A program made the position numbers and the translations under genes. The notes under the pieces were generated by a model. That model ran no database searches and was not told the DNA's origin. It worked only from the letters and a program-made list of their open reading frames with translations. Source: Nitriliruptoraceae bacterium (GTDB taxonomy: Bacteria > Actinomycetota > Nitriliruptoria > Nitriliruptorales > Nitriliruptoraceae). From it: a stretch of 52,893 bases of DNA. The stretch spans positions 1-52,893 of the forward strand of contig SKTG01000068.1 in assembly GCA_007118045.1 (NCBI GenBank). The letters are read 5' to 3'. Below are positions 18,851 to 27,790 of the stretch, in pieces; positions within the stretch are counted from its first letter, which is position 1, and each line of letters opens with the position of its first letter.

Positions 18851-20182
18851 ATGCGTTTCGCCAACAGACGTGAGGCAGGTCGCCGACTCGGCGCGAACCT
18901 GGGCCATCTCGTTACGGAGCAGCCCGTCGTGGTCGGGCTACCTCGTGGCGGGATCCCCGTGGCCTACGAGGTCGCACAGGCGCTGGGCGCCCCACTCGAC
19001 GTGCTCGTGGTCCGCAAGCTCGGCTGTCCGTGGCAACCCGAGCTGGGTGTGGGCGCGCTGGGCGAGGGCGGCATCCGGCTTCTCGACGGATCGCTCATGC
19101 GCTCGACCGGCGTCACCACCGCGGAACTGGAGGTGGTGGCCAGCCGTGAAGCCGCCGAACTCGAGCGCCGGGTCCAGCGGTACCGGGCCGCGCGTGACCC
19201 GTTGCCCGTCGCTGGGCGCACGGTGGTCGTGGTCGATGACGGGCTCGCCACAGGTTCGATGGCCCGGGCCGGGATCGAGGTCCTGCGACGTCGCGGCGCC
19301 CGACGGATCGTGCTGGCTGTCCCGGTGGCACCCGCCGGCACCCTCTCGCAGCTGCAGGCCGTCGCGGACGAGGTGGTGTGTCTACACAGCCCCCGCGCGT
19401 TCGGCGCGATCGGCCAGTTCTACGACGATTTCGCGCAGACCTCCGACGAGGAGGTCGCTGGGCTGCTGGCTGCCGAACCGGTGGTCATGGGCGGGGCTGC
19501 GTCGCCGGCTGACGATCCGCCCGAGGACGTGGTGGTCACGGTGAACGGTCTGGAACTCGCCGGGACGTTGCACGTGCCGCCTGGCGCGACCGGGATCGTG
19601 CTGTTCGCCCACGGCAGCGGCAGCAGCCGGCTCAGCCCCCGCAACCTCGCTGTGGCACGCACGTTGAACAGCGGTGGTCTCGCCACCCTGTTGTTCGACC
19701 TGTTGACCCTCGACGAGGCCCTCCACCGCACCCGGGTGTTCGACATCGAACTCCTGGCCGCACGCCTGGTCGGGGCCACCGGCTGGCTCAGGACACGACC
19801 GGACCTCGGGCACCTGCGGGTCGGCTACTTCGGGGCCAGCACCGGCGCCGCCGCCGCGCTGCGGGCCGCAGGGCTACTCCGCTCCGAGATCGGTGCGGTC
19901 GTCTCACGCGGTGGACGTCCCGACCTGGCAGCACCGCACCTCGGCGAGGTCACGGCGCCGACGCTGCTCATCGTCGGCTCCCGCGACGAGGCGGTGTTGC
20001 GCCTCAACGAGCGGGCAAGGCGCCAGCTGCGTTGCCCGAACCATCTGGCGATCGTCCCGGGAGCGACCCACCTGTTCGAAGAGCCCGGTGCACTCGAGAA
20101 GGTCGCTGAGCTCGCGAAGGATTGGTTCGCGCGCCCTCTGGGCGCCACACCCGTACCGAGACAACCATCGACTCTGCGGTAG
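18851..20182 (+). CDS. phosphoribosyltransferase domain fused to a dienelactone-hydrolase-type alpha/beta hydrolase
   Basis: MRFANRREAGRRLG...VVGLPRGGIPVA, the PRPP motif VVVVDDGLATGSM, and a C-terminal FAHGSGSSRLSPRN...GASTGAAAAL...VPGATHLFEEPG. Confidence 0.88.
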   Translation: MRFANRREAGRRLGANLGHLVTEQPVVVGLPRGGIPVAYEVAQALGAPLDVLVVRKLGCPWQPELGVGALGEGGIRLLDGSLMRSTGVTTAELEVVASREAAELERRVQRYRAARDPLPVAGRTVVVVDDGLATGSMARAGIEVLRRRGARRIVLAVPVAPAGTLSQLQAVADEVVCLHSPRAFGAIGQFYDDFAQTSDEEVAGLLAAEPVVMGGAASPADDPPEDVVVTVNGLELAGTLHVPPGATGIVLFAHGSGSSRLSPRNLAVARTLNSGGLATLLFDLLTLDEALHRTRVFDIELLAARLVGATGWLRTRPDLGHLRVGYFGASTGAAAALRAAGLLRSEIGAVVSRGGRPDLAAPHLGEVTAPTLLIVGSRDEAVLRLNERARRQLRCPNHLAIVPGATHLFEEPGALEKVAELAKDWFARPLGATPVPRQPSTLR

Positions 20183-20239
20183 GCAGCGCTGGACGGCCAG
20201 ACGGAGCCGCAGCTCATCTGGTCCGGGAGGATCACGCTC

Positions 20240-21862
20240 ATGGCCGCCTACACGGAGCTGTGCTTCGGCGATGCGGCCCGCACGGCGCTGCTGGCAGGGA
20301 CGTCCGCGCTCGCGGATGCGTTGCGTCCGACCCTCGGGCCGCAGTCACGCGCGGTGCTGATCGAGCGCAAGTGGGGTGTGCCGCTGGTGTGCGATGACGG
20401 GGTGACCATCGCCAAGACCCTCAAGCTGAAGGATCCGGCGCAGGACCTGGGTGCACAGGTACTCAAGCAGGCCGCCATGCGTACCGGGGATGCGGTCGGT
20501 GACGGCACCACCACCTCGACGCTGCTTGCCCACGCGATGCTGGCCGAGGGGATCCGCAACGTGGTCGTCGGGGCGAGTCCGGTCGAGATCAAGCGCGGTA
20601 TGGAGCGAGGGCTCGGGGCCGCGATCGATGCGCTGGCCGGCCTGTCCAGGCCTGTCGAGGGCCGGACCGACATGGCCCACGTAGCCGCGGTCTCGGCACA
20701 TGGGGAGACGGAGATCGGTGAGCTGGTCGCCGATGCGGTCGAGAAGGTCGGCGAGGAGGGCGTCATCGAGGTCGAGGAGGCCAAGGGGATCGAGACCATC
20801 CTCGACGTCGTCGAAGGTATGCAACTGGACGAGGGCTATCTCTCGCCGTACTTCGTCACCGACCCCGAGCGGATGGACGCCGTGCTCAACGAGCCGCTCG
20901 TTCTGCTCCACGAGAAGAAGATCTCCGCGGTTGCCGACCTGCTCCCCCTGCTCGAACAGGCCGTCAACGCCGGACGTCAGCTGCTGGTGGTGGCGGAGAA
21001 CCTCGAAGGCGAGGCACTGGCCACCATCGTGGTCAACAAGTTGCGCGGCACCATCGCCGCCGCCGCGATCAAGGCACCCGGATTCGGTGAGCGGCGCCGG
21101 GCGATGCTCGAGGACATCTCCGTACTCACCGGCGGGACCGTGATCAGCGACGAGCTCGGGCTCAAGCTCGAGAACGTCAAGATCGACGAGCTCGGCACCG
21201 CAGAGCGGATCCTGGTCGACAAGGACACCACCACCATCATCAGCGGCGCCGGCGACCCGGCGGCGATCGAAGGACGCTGCAACGAGCTGCGCCGACAGAT
21301 CGATGAGACCGACTCGGACTGGGACCGCGAGAAGCTGCAGGAACGGCTCGCACGGCTCGCCGGCGGCGTCGCGGTCATCCGTGTCGGTGCCGCCACCGAG
21401 TCCGAGCTCAGACGCCGCAAGGACGCGTTCGATGACGCGATCAGCTCCACCAAGGCCGCCGTCGCCGAGGGCATCGTCCCCGGCGGCGGCGCCGCTCTGG
21501 TACGCGCCATCGCTGAGGTGGAAGCCGCGGAGGTGGGCTGCGACGGCGACGAACGCACCGGCGTACACATCCTGGCCCACGCGTTGCAGGTCCCGGCTGG
21601 TCAGATCGCCGACAACGCCGGCTCAGACGACGGTGTCGTGATCGAACGGATCCGGGCCGGCGACGGGTTCGAGGGCTTCGACGCACGCACCCGCGAGTTC
21701 GTCGATCTCGATACCGCCGGAGTCATCGACCCGACCAAGGTCGTGCGCATCGCGCTGGAGAACGCCGTTTCGGTCGCGGGTGTGATGCTGCTGGCTGCCG
21801 CGACCATGGTCGAACTCGAAGACACCGAGACCCCAGCCTCACCCGAGCCGGAACTCATGTGA
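20240..21862 (+). CDS. groEL: chaperonin GroEL paralog (divergent, no adjacent groES)
   Basis: 540 aa with GDGTTTSTLLA, IEVEEAKG, KAPGFGERRRAMLEDI, VAVIRVGAATE and GIVPGGG. A GGGAGGA Shine-Dalgarno precedes the ATG. Confidence 0.93.
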   Translation: MAAYTELCFGDAARTALLAGTSALADALRPTLGPQSRAVLIERKWGVPLVCDDGVTIAKTLKLKDPAQDLGAQVLKQAAMRTGDAVGDGTTTSTLLAHAMLAEGIRNVVVGASPVEIKRGMERGLGAAIDALAGLSRPVEGRTDMAHVAAVSAHGETEIGELVADAVEKVGEEGVIEVEEAKGIETILDVVEGMQLDEGYLSPYFVTDPERMDAVLNEPLVLLHEKKISAVADLLPLLEQAVNAGRQLLVVAENLEGEALATIVVNKLRGTIAAAAIKAPGFGERRRAMLEDISVLTGGTVISDELGLKLENVKIDELGTAERILVDKDTTTIISGAGDPAAIEGRCNELRRQIDETDSDWDREKLQERLARLAGGVAVIRVGAATESELRRRKDAFDDAISSTKAAVAEGIVPGGGAALVRAIAEVEAAEVGCDGDERTGVHILAHALQVPAGQIADNAGSDDGVVIERIRAGDGFEGFDARTREFVDLDTAGVIDPTKVVRIALENAVSVAGVMLLAAATMVELEDTETPASPEPELM

Positions 21863-22004
21863 GCAGTCCTTGCAGGCATGACGGTCGCCCGATCCATCGG
21901 GAGCGCACGCGACCCATGGTGAACGGCGAGCACGAGCGGGGAGCCGGTCGGAGTGGCCTGCTCGAACTCTCGACACGCGCGCGTGACACCGCGGGAGGAA
22001 CATC

Positions 22005-23135
22005 GTGGCCGAAGGTGCGGTGACCCTGTTCCTGTGCGGCGACGTGATGCTCGGTCGAGGCGTGGATCAGATCTTGGCGCACCCTGGCGATCCCAGGCTG
22101 CAGGAGCGGCTGATCACGGACGCCCGGGACTACGTCGCACTGGCCGAGCGGATCAACGATCCCATCCCCCGTCCCGTCGATGGTTCGTGGCCATGGGGAG
22201 ACGCACTGCCTGTGCTCGACGATCTGGCACCCGACGTGCGCGTCATCAACCTGGAGACCGCGGTGACCAGCTCCGACGACTTCGCCGCGGGCAAGGCCGT
22301 CCACTACCGGATGTCACCTGACAACCTGGCCTGCCTCCTCGCCGTCGAACCGGACGTGTGCGTGCTCGCGAACAACCACGTACTCGACTTCGGGGTGAAG
22401 GGGCTGGAACAGACCCTCGACGTGCTGTCCTCTGCAAGCCTGCGCAGCGTTGGAGCGGGACGTGACGAGGAGCAGGCTCGGCGACCGGCCACGGTCCCCC
22501 TCGAAGGCGGAGGGCGGGTGCTGGTCTTCGCGTGGGGGATGGCCTCGAGCGGCGTCCCCGTGGCGTGGGACGCGACCAGACGGAGCCCTGGGGTCGCGTT
22601 CCTTCGCGAGCCATCGGTAGCCGCCGTCGACGAGGTCGCTGATCACATCTCGGAGTACCGACGCACCGGCGACATCATCGTCGCGTCGCTCCATTGGGGG
22701 TCCAACTGGGGTTACGACATCACCCGAGATCAGGTTCGCTTCGCTCACGCGCTGATCGATGAAGGCGTGGATGTCGTGCACGGCCACTCCTCGCACCATC
22801 CCCGTCCACTGGAGCTGTACCGCGACCGACTGATCCTGTACGGCTGCGGCGACCTCATCAACGACTACGAGGGCATCACCGGCCGCGAGAAGTACCGCGC
22901 CGATCTCAGACTGCTCTACCTGGTCTCGCTTGATGGATCCACCGGCGAACTCATCGGGTTGAGGATGATCCCTATGCGAGCCCGGCAGCTGCGCCTGCGA
23001 CACGCGTCGAGCTCCGACCTGGACTGGCTCAGGGATCGCTTGGACCGAGTGAGCCGGCCCTTCGACGTGCGTATCGATCGAGAACGGAAAGGCGCGCTGA
23101 CGGTCCGGTCCCTACCTCGAGAGGGATCCCCGTGA
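22005..23135 (+). CDS. CapA/PGA_cap-family metallophosphatase-like protein
   Basis: LFLCGDVMLGRGVDQIL, INLETAVT, LANNHVLDFG, SLHWGSNWGY and VHGHSSHHPRP. GTG start with a GGGAGGAA Shine-Dalgarno. Confidence 0.85.
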   Translation: MAEGAVTLFLCGDVMLGRGVDQILAHPGDPRLQERLITDARDYVALAERINDPIPRPVDGSWPWGDALPVLDDLAPDVRVINLETAVTSSDDFAAGKAVHYRMSPDNLACLLAVEPDVCVLANNHVLDFGVKGLEQTLDVLSSASLRSVGAGRDEEQARRPATVPLEGGGRVLVFAWGMASSGVPVAWDATRRSPGVAFLREPSVAAVDEVADHISEYRRTGDIIVASLHWGSNWGYDITRDQVRFAHALIDEGVDVVHGHSSHHPRPLELYRDRLILYGCGDLINDYEGITGREKYRADLRLLYLVSLDGSTGELIGLRMIPMRARQLRLRHASSSDLDWLRDRLDRVSRPFDVRIDRERKGALTVRSLPREGSP

Positions 23136-23162
23136 GGCGTCTCGCTCGGCGATGTCGATCAC

Positions 23163-23183
23163 GCTCGACGGGCCGCGTCGAGC
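23163..23183 (+). terminator. hairpin downstream of the capA-like gene
   Basis: GCTCGAC-gggccgc-GTCGAGC followed by TT, 28 nt after the stop. Confidence 0.45.
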
Positions 23184-23323
23184 TTCGGGAGCGTCGTCGA
23201 TCACGTCGGTACGGCGGGGATGGGCGCCAGCACACCGATGAGGAGACCGCCCGCGCTGACGCGCCGCGGCGGGCATAGACGGCCGGTCAAGTCGCGGTCA
23301 CTGGTGACCGAGCGGTGGGTGGG

Positions 23324-23914
23324 TCACCGACGACCCGTGCCGAGGTGGGGTTGATAGACGGTGAGGGCGAAACGTACGGGGCGGGTGGCGTGGGGCGGGA
23401 TGGCGTAGCCGTGGGGGATGTCGCCCCTGAAGGTGGCGGCGTCACCCGTGGCGAGGCGGTCGGTGTGGTCGCCGACGGTGAGGTCGAGTTGGCCCTCCAG
23501 CACCAGGAGCAGCTCGCTCGTGCCAGGGGTGTGCGCGTCGCTGTGGTGGTGTTCTCCGGGGTGCATCGTCCAGTCCCACAGTTCGACGACGTCGGGTGGT
23601 TGGGTGCCGGCGACCAACGCCGCCCGGCCCCCGTGCTCACCGGTCCAGGGCACCGGCGCCTGGCCGGAGCGGGTGATGACGGAGACGTTGCGCCGTTCGA
23701 CCTCGACGAGTGCTGGCAGTCCGATGCCGAGCGCGTCGCTGAGGCGGAGCAGGGTGGCGATGCTCGGGTTGCCGTCGCCGTGCTCGATGTTGATCAGCTG
23801 TCGACGACTGACCCTGGAGCGGCCAGCGAGATCGTCCAGGGTCCAGCCGCGCTCCGTCCGGCGCTGCCGGACGCGTGCGCCGATCGACTCGCTGACCTCG
23901 CCCGGCTCGCTCAT
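23324..23914 (-). CDS. XRE-family HTH regulator with a C-terminal cupin domain
   Basis: IGARVRQRRTERGWTLDDLAGRSRVSRRQLINIEHG, then a cupin region (HPGEHHHSDAHTPGTSELLLVLEG...GD). Confidence 0.88.
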   Translation of the reverse strand: MSEPGEVSESIGARVRQRRTERGWTLDDLAGRSRVSRRQLINIEHGDGNPSIATLLRLSDALGIGLPALVEVERRNVSVITRSGQAPVPWTGEHGGRAALVAGTQPPDVVELWDWTMHPGEHHHSDAHTPGTSELLLVLEGQLDLTVGDHTDRLATGDAATFRGDIPHGYAIPPHATRPVRFALTVYQPHLGTGRR

Positions 23915-23953
23915 CCCACCCCCTCCAGCTACCGTGCCCTGCAGAGTGCAGCA

Positions 23954-23963
23954 TAGTGCACTA
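23954..23963. promoter_or_regulatory. 10-bp palindrome TAGTGCACTA (with an AGTGCA direct repeat) in a divergent promoter region
   Basis: Lies between the XRE-cupin gene (minus strand) and the PLP enzyme gene (plus strand). Candidate autoregulatory operator. Confidence 0.3.
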
Positions 23964-23977
23964 GGTGTGGAGGTGGC

Positions 23978-25207
23978 ATGGTGACGGACGAACCCAGATC
24001 ACCCGGGCCGGAGCTGCGGGTGGAGACCCGGTTGGCGGTCCTGGGTCGTGGCGAGCATCGACCCGGCCAGCCGCTGAACGTGCCGCTCGTGCCGGCGTCG
24101 AACTTCCGGGCCCCGGCCGATGGCTTGGGCGAACGCGAGTACAGCCGCGACGACGGTACGCCCGGATGGGAGGCTCTCGAGGAGTTGCTCGGCGACCTGG
24201 AGGGCGGTCGAGCCGTCTGCTTCTCCTCGGGCATGGGCGCGATCGCCGCGGTGCTCGAGTTGCTGCCTGTCGGTGCCCGGGTGGTCGTACCGCGTGACAG
24301 CTACGGCGGGCTGCGGGCGTTGCTCGCCGACGGCGGCGACGGGGGCCGCTGGCAGGTGCACACGGTCGACATGACCGACCCCGCCGCGTTGGCCGAGGCA
24401 GTGCCCGGCGCGGATCTGGTGTGGTTGGAAACGCCGAGCAACCCGCTGCTCGAGGTCGTCGACATCGGCGAGGTGGTTACCCGTGCCGCCGAGACCGGCG
24501 CTGCCGTCGCGGTGGACAACACCTTCGCGACCCCGCTGCTGCAGTCACCTCTCGAGCTCGGCGCGGACCTCGTCGTGCACAGCGCGACCAAGTTCATCGG
24601 AGGCCACTCGGACCTGCTCCTCGGTGTCGTCGTCGCCCAGCGCCAGCACGACCACGCACGCCTGGCACGTCGCCGCGGGGTCGCCGGCGCCACCCCCGGT
24701 GCGCTGGAGTGCTTCCTGGCCCTGCGCGGTGCTCGGACCCTCGCGTTGCGGCTGCGCCACGCCCAGGACACCGTCGGCGAACTCGCCCGGCGGCTGCAGG
24801 CACACCCCACCGTCGCCCGGGTGCGCTACCCCGGCCTGCCAGATGACCCCCACCACACCCTGGCCGCGAAGCAGATGGCCGGGTTCGGGGCGGTGGTCAG
24901 CTTCGAAGTGGCTGACGCCGCGACCGCCGACGCCGTGTGCGCCGGCGTCCAGGTCATCAGCCACGCGACCAGCCTCGGCGGCGTGGAGTCCACGATCGAG
25001 CGGCGCGCGAAGTTGCCCGGTCAGGAACACGTTCCCGCAGGCCTCGTCCGGCTGTCGGTGGGCTGTGAACACCTCGAGGATCTCTGGGCCGACCTCGATG
25101 ACGCCCTCGGGCACGCCGCGGGCCCAACCTGGTCACGCCACGGAGCTGGGACGCGACCAGTGATCGATGTCGACTTGCCAGCAGGGCCGCCAACAGATCG
25201 CGGCTGA
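23978..25207 (+). CDS. Cys/Met-metabolism PLP-dependent enzyme (cystathionine gamma-synthase/lyase family)
   Basis: SSGMGAI, LVWLETPSNPLLEVVDI, DNTFATPLLQSPLELGADLVVHSATKFIGGHSD (PLP lysine) and SLGGVES. Confidence 0.88.
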   Translation: MVTDEPRSPGPELRVETRLAVLGRGEHRPGQPLNVPLVPASNFRAPADGLGEREYSRDDGTPGWEALEELLGDLEGGRAVCFSSGMGAIAAVLELLPVGARVVVPRDSYGGLRALLADGGDGGRWQVHTVDMTDPAALAEAVPGADLVWLETPSNPLLEVVDIGEVVTRAAETGAAVAVDNTFATPLLQSPLELGADLVVHSATKFIGGHSDLLLGVVVAQRQHDHARLARRRGVAGATPGALECFLALRGARTLALRLRHAQDTVGELARRLQAHPTVARVRYPGLPDDPHHTLAAKQMAGFGAVVSFEVADAATADAVCAGVQVISHATSLGGVESTIERRAKLPGQEHVPAGLVRLSVGCEHLEDLWADLDDALGHAAGPTWSRHGAGTRPVIDVDLPAGPPTDRG

Positions 25208-25512
25208 CTCGCCTCGGCAGCGACATCCCTTTCGAGCACCGGTCTCTGCGGAATCGACACCCCCGGCCACTGATCGGTGTTCGCTTGTCTTGACTGCAAC
25301 TGAACAGCGGTTGACAGAGCGGAGTGGTGTCGGTGGCCGGACCGTTGGTAGTGGACCGGCTGCGCCTGGAAGGCTGAAGCACAGCCAGACCGCCAGAGTT
25401 CTCGACCCCAGGTCGCCCGAACCTCAACGACTCGGGCCGCGACCGGCAACGCCGACGGCGCCGTGCTCGTCGGGCAGGTCGCGCCTGGACCGTCAGACCC
25501 TCGGGCAGGTCC

Positions 25513-25532
25513 CCTCGGAGGAACTTCCGAGG
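25513..25532 (-). terminator. hairpin downstream of glpX
   Basis: CCTCGGA-ggaact-TCCGAGG, about 47 nt beyond the glpX stop. No U-tract. Confidence 0.35.
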
Positions 25533-25578
25533 ACGTGATCGACCCCGAGGATGTTGGAGCCAGCATCAGCTGCCTCGG

Positions 25579-26619
25579 TCATCCCTGTTCCGCAACGGTG
25601 TCGTGGTCCAGCTCATCGAGGGCGGCGAAACGCGCGATCGTGTTGAACTTGTGGAACGTGTGCTCCGCATCCAGGGTCCGGACCGTTCCCGAACTCGACC
25701 GCATCGACAGCGACTGGGTCGTGGCGCCGCGCCCGCTGAAGCGCACACCGCGCAGCAGCGCACCATCGGTGATGCCGGTGGCCGCGAAGATGGCACGATC
25801 ACCGCGCACCAGATCGTCCTGACTCAGCACCCGATCGAGGTCGTACCCCCCCTCCAACGCTTGATGGCGTTCTGTATCGTCGCGGGGCGAGAGCCGACCG
25901 TAGAGCACCCCGCCGAGGCACTTCATAGCGCACGCGGTGATCACCCCCTCGGGCGTGCCGCCCGTGCCGACGGAGATGTCGACGCCGGTCTGTGGACGGG
26001 CCGCCATGATCGCCCCGGCGACATCACCGTCGATCAGGAACACGATCCGAGCGCCGGCTTCGCGGATGTCGGCCACGAGCTGTTCGTGACGGGGCCGGTC
26101 CAGGACGCTGACCGTCACGTCGCCGACCCGGCCCCCCTTGGCCTTCGCCACGCGTCTCAGGTTCTCGTCGATCGGCGCCTCGAAATCGACCACCTCCGCA
26201 GCGAGCGGTCCGACCGCTAGCTTGTCCATGTACATGCACGGACCGGGATCGAACATCGATCCCCGCTCGGCCAAGGCGATCACGGCCAGTGCGTTCGGCA
26301 GCCCCTTGGCGGTGAGCGTGGTGCCCTCGACCGGATCGACCGCTATGTCGACCCCCGGTGGCGAGCCGTCGCCGATCCGCTCACCGTTGTAGAGCATCGG
26401 CGCCTCGTCCTTCTCGCCCTCCCCGATGACCACGGTCCCGTCCATCGCGATGCCGTCGAGCGTGCCACGCATAGCGTCCACGGCCGCCTGGTCAGCCGCC
26501 TCCTTGTCACCCAAGCCCATCCGGCGGGCAGCAGCCATCGCGGCGGCTTCCGTGACCCGCACCATCTCGAGAGCGAGGTTGCGATCGGAGTCGCCGAGGT
26601 CGTGGTGCTGCGTCATCAT
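25579..26619 (-). CDS. glpX: class II fructose-1,6-bisphosphatase
   Basis: MMTQHH...[13 protein letters not shown]..., [25 protein letters not shown] and [19 protein letters not shown] Shine-Dalgarno precedes the ATGATG. The upstream ORF extension is rejected. Confidence 0.92.
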   Translation of the reverse strand: MMTQHHDLGDSDRNLALEMVRVTEAAAMAAARRMGLGDKEAADQAAVDAMRGTLDGIAMDGTVVIGEGEKDEAPMLYNGERIGDGSPPGVDIAVDPVEGTTLTAKGLPNALAVIALAERGSMFDPGPCMYMDKLAVGPLAAEVVDFEAPIDENLRRVAKAKGGRVGDVTVSVLDRPRHEQLVADIREAGARIVFLIDGDVAGAIMAARPQTGVDISVGTGGTPEGVITACAMKCLGGVLYGRLSPRDDTERHQALEGGYDLDRVLSQDDLVRGDRAIFAATGITDGALLRGVRFSGRGATTQSLSMRSSSGTVRTLDAEHTFHKFNTIARFAALDELDHDTVAEQG

Positions 26620-26750
26620 GGCGGCTCCTCCGCGAGGTCTCCCGACCGGCGCCGCTGCCCACCCCGCTGGGCCTCGAGGTGTGTGACGGACCTCCGGCGA
26701 CCACCGTAGGCAGCTCTCGAGATGTGGGTCAACGGTCATCCGCGGGCCCC

Positions 26751-26764
26751 GCACGGATCCGTGC
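26751..26764. promoter_or_regulatory. 14-bp palindrome GCACGGATCCGTGC in the glpX/glpF divergent region
   Basis: Perfect inverted repeat. A second inverted repeat, GCGCAC-N13-GTGCGC, follows about 20 nt later. Candidate operator; no glpR gene is in the window. Confidence 0.3.
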
Positions 26765-26965
26765 TACCAACCATCCTCCGCGCACCCTGCATCCGTTTGT
26801 GCGCACCGGAGGACCCGGGGGCTGGGGCTTCACCTAGGTTCGGCGACGCGAGGAGGTGTCCACCGTGCCGTGCCCGGTCGGAACACTCGGAGGGACTTGG
26901 GATCGCCGCGCTCGCGCGAGGCCCGAGGACGCTGGTTCGGACCGCGGTGACCGAGCCACGCCGAG

Positions 26966-27733
26966 ATGATCGATCTCTACCTCGCCGAGCTGGTCGGAAC
27001 GACGATCCTGATCCTGCTCGGCAACGGTGCCGTAGCCAACGTCGTCCTCAAGGGCTCCAAAGGTGAGAGCTCAGGCTGGATCGTCATCACCACCGGGTGG
27101 GGACTGGCGGTCGCGATCGCCGTGTACACGGTGGGCTGGGTCAGCGGCGCTCACATCAACCCGGCTGTCACCTTCGCTTTGGCAGTGATCGGGGAGTTTT
27201 CCTGGGCCCGGGTCCCCGGCTACGTGGCAGCGCAGCTGATCGGCGCGGCGGTGGGCGCGTTGCTGGTCTACCTCGCCTACCTCCCCCACTGGGAGCCGAC
27301 GGAGGACCCGGATCTCAAGCTCGCCGCCTTCGCCACCACACCGGCGGTCCGGCGTCCCGCGCTGAACCTCGTGACCGAGGCGATCGGTACCGGGATGCTG
27401 GTGTTCGGTGTGCTGGCGATCTTCGCCAACACGGTGCCCATCGAGAGGGCCGGGGAAGTGGACCTCTCCGCGCTGTTCGCGACCGGTTTCGGCCCGCTGC
27501 TGGTGGGCTTCCTGGTCTGGGCCATCGGCCTGTCGCTGGGAGGTCCGACGGGCTACGCGATCAACCCGGCCCGGGACCTGGGACCACGCATCATGCACGC
27601 ACTGCTACCCATCCCTGGCAAGGGCTCGAGCGACTTCGCCTACGCCTGGGTTCCGGTCGTCGGTCCACTGGTCGGCGGGGTGCTCGGCGCGCTGGTGTTC
27701 CGCGCACAGTTCTTGGCCGACCTCGTGTCCTGA
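26966..27733 (+). CDS. glpF: aquaglyceroporin / glycerol uptake facilitator
   Basis: Two NPA boxes (SGAHINPAVT and GYAINPARD) and 6 TM segments. Confidence 0.92.
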   Translation: MIDLYLAELVGTTILILLGNGAVANVVLKGSKGESSGWIVITTGWGLAVAIAVYTVGWVSGAHINPAVTFALAVIGEFSWARVPGYVAAQLIGAAVGALLVYLAYLPHWEPTEDPDLKLAAFATTPAVRRPALNLVTEAIGTGMLVFGVLAIFANTVPIERAGEVDLSALFATGFGPLLVGFLVWAIGLSLGGPTGYAINPARDLGPRIMHALLPIPGKGSSDFAYAWVPVVGPLVGGVLGALVFRAQFLADLVS

Positions 27734-27790
27734 GTCGCTGGAGCCACCTACCGCAGACCGACCGTCGAACCGTTCGAAGACGGAGACATC

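Noticed and set aside
23294-23307. GGTCACTGGTGACC palindrome near the 3' end of the XRE-cupin gene, considered as a regulatory site.
   Set aside because: It lies in a convergent 3' region just past the stop codon with no promoter context. It is more likely a chance inverted repeat or part of a terminator-like structure.
25360-25400. Possible SRP (4.5S) RNA because of CCTGGAAGGCTGAAGCACAGCC.
   Set aside because: It lacks the conserved GUCCGGAAGGAAGCAGC core spacing and the symmetric helix-8 context. The resemblance is superficial.
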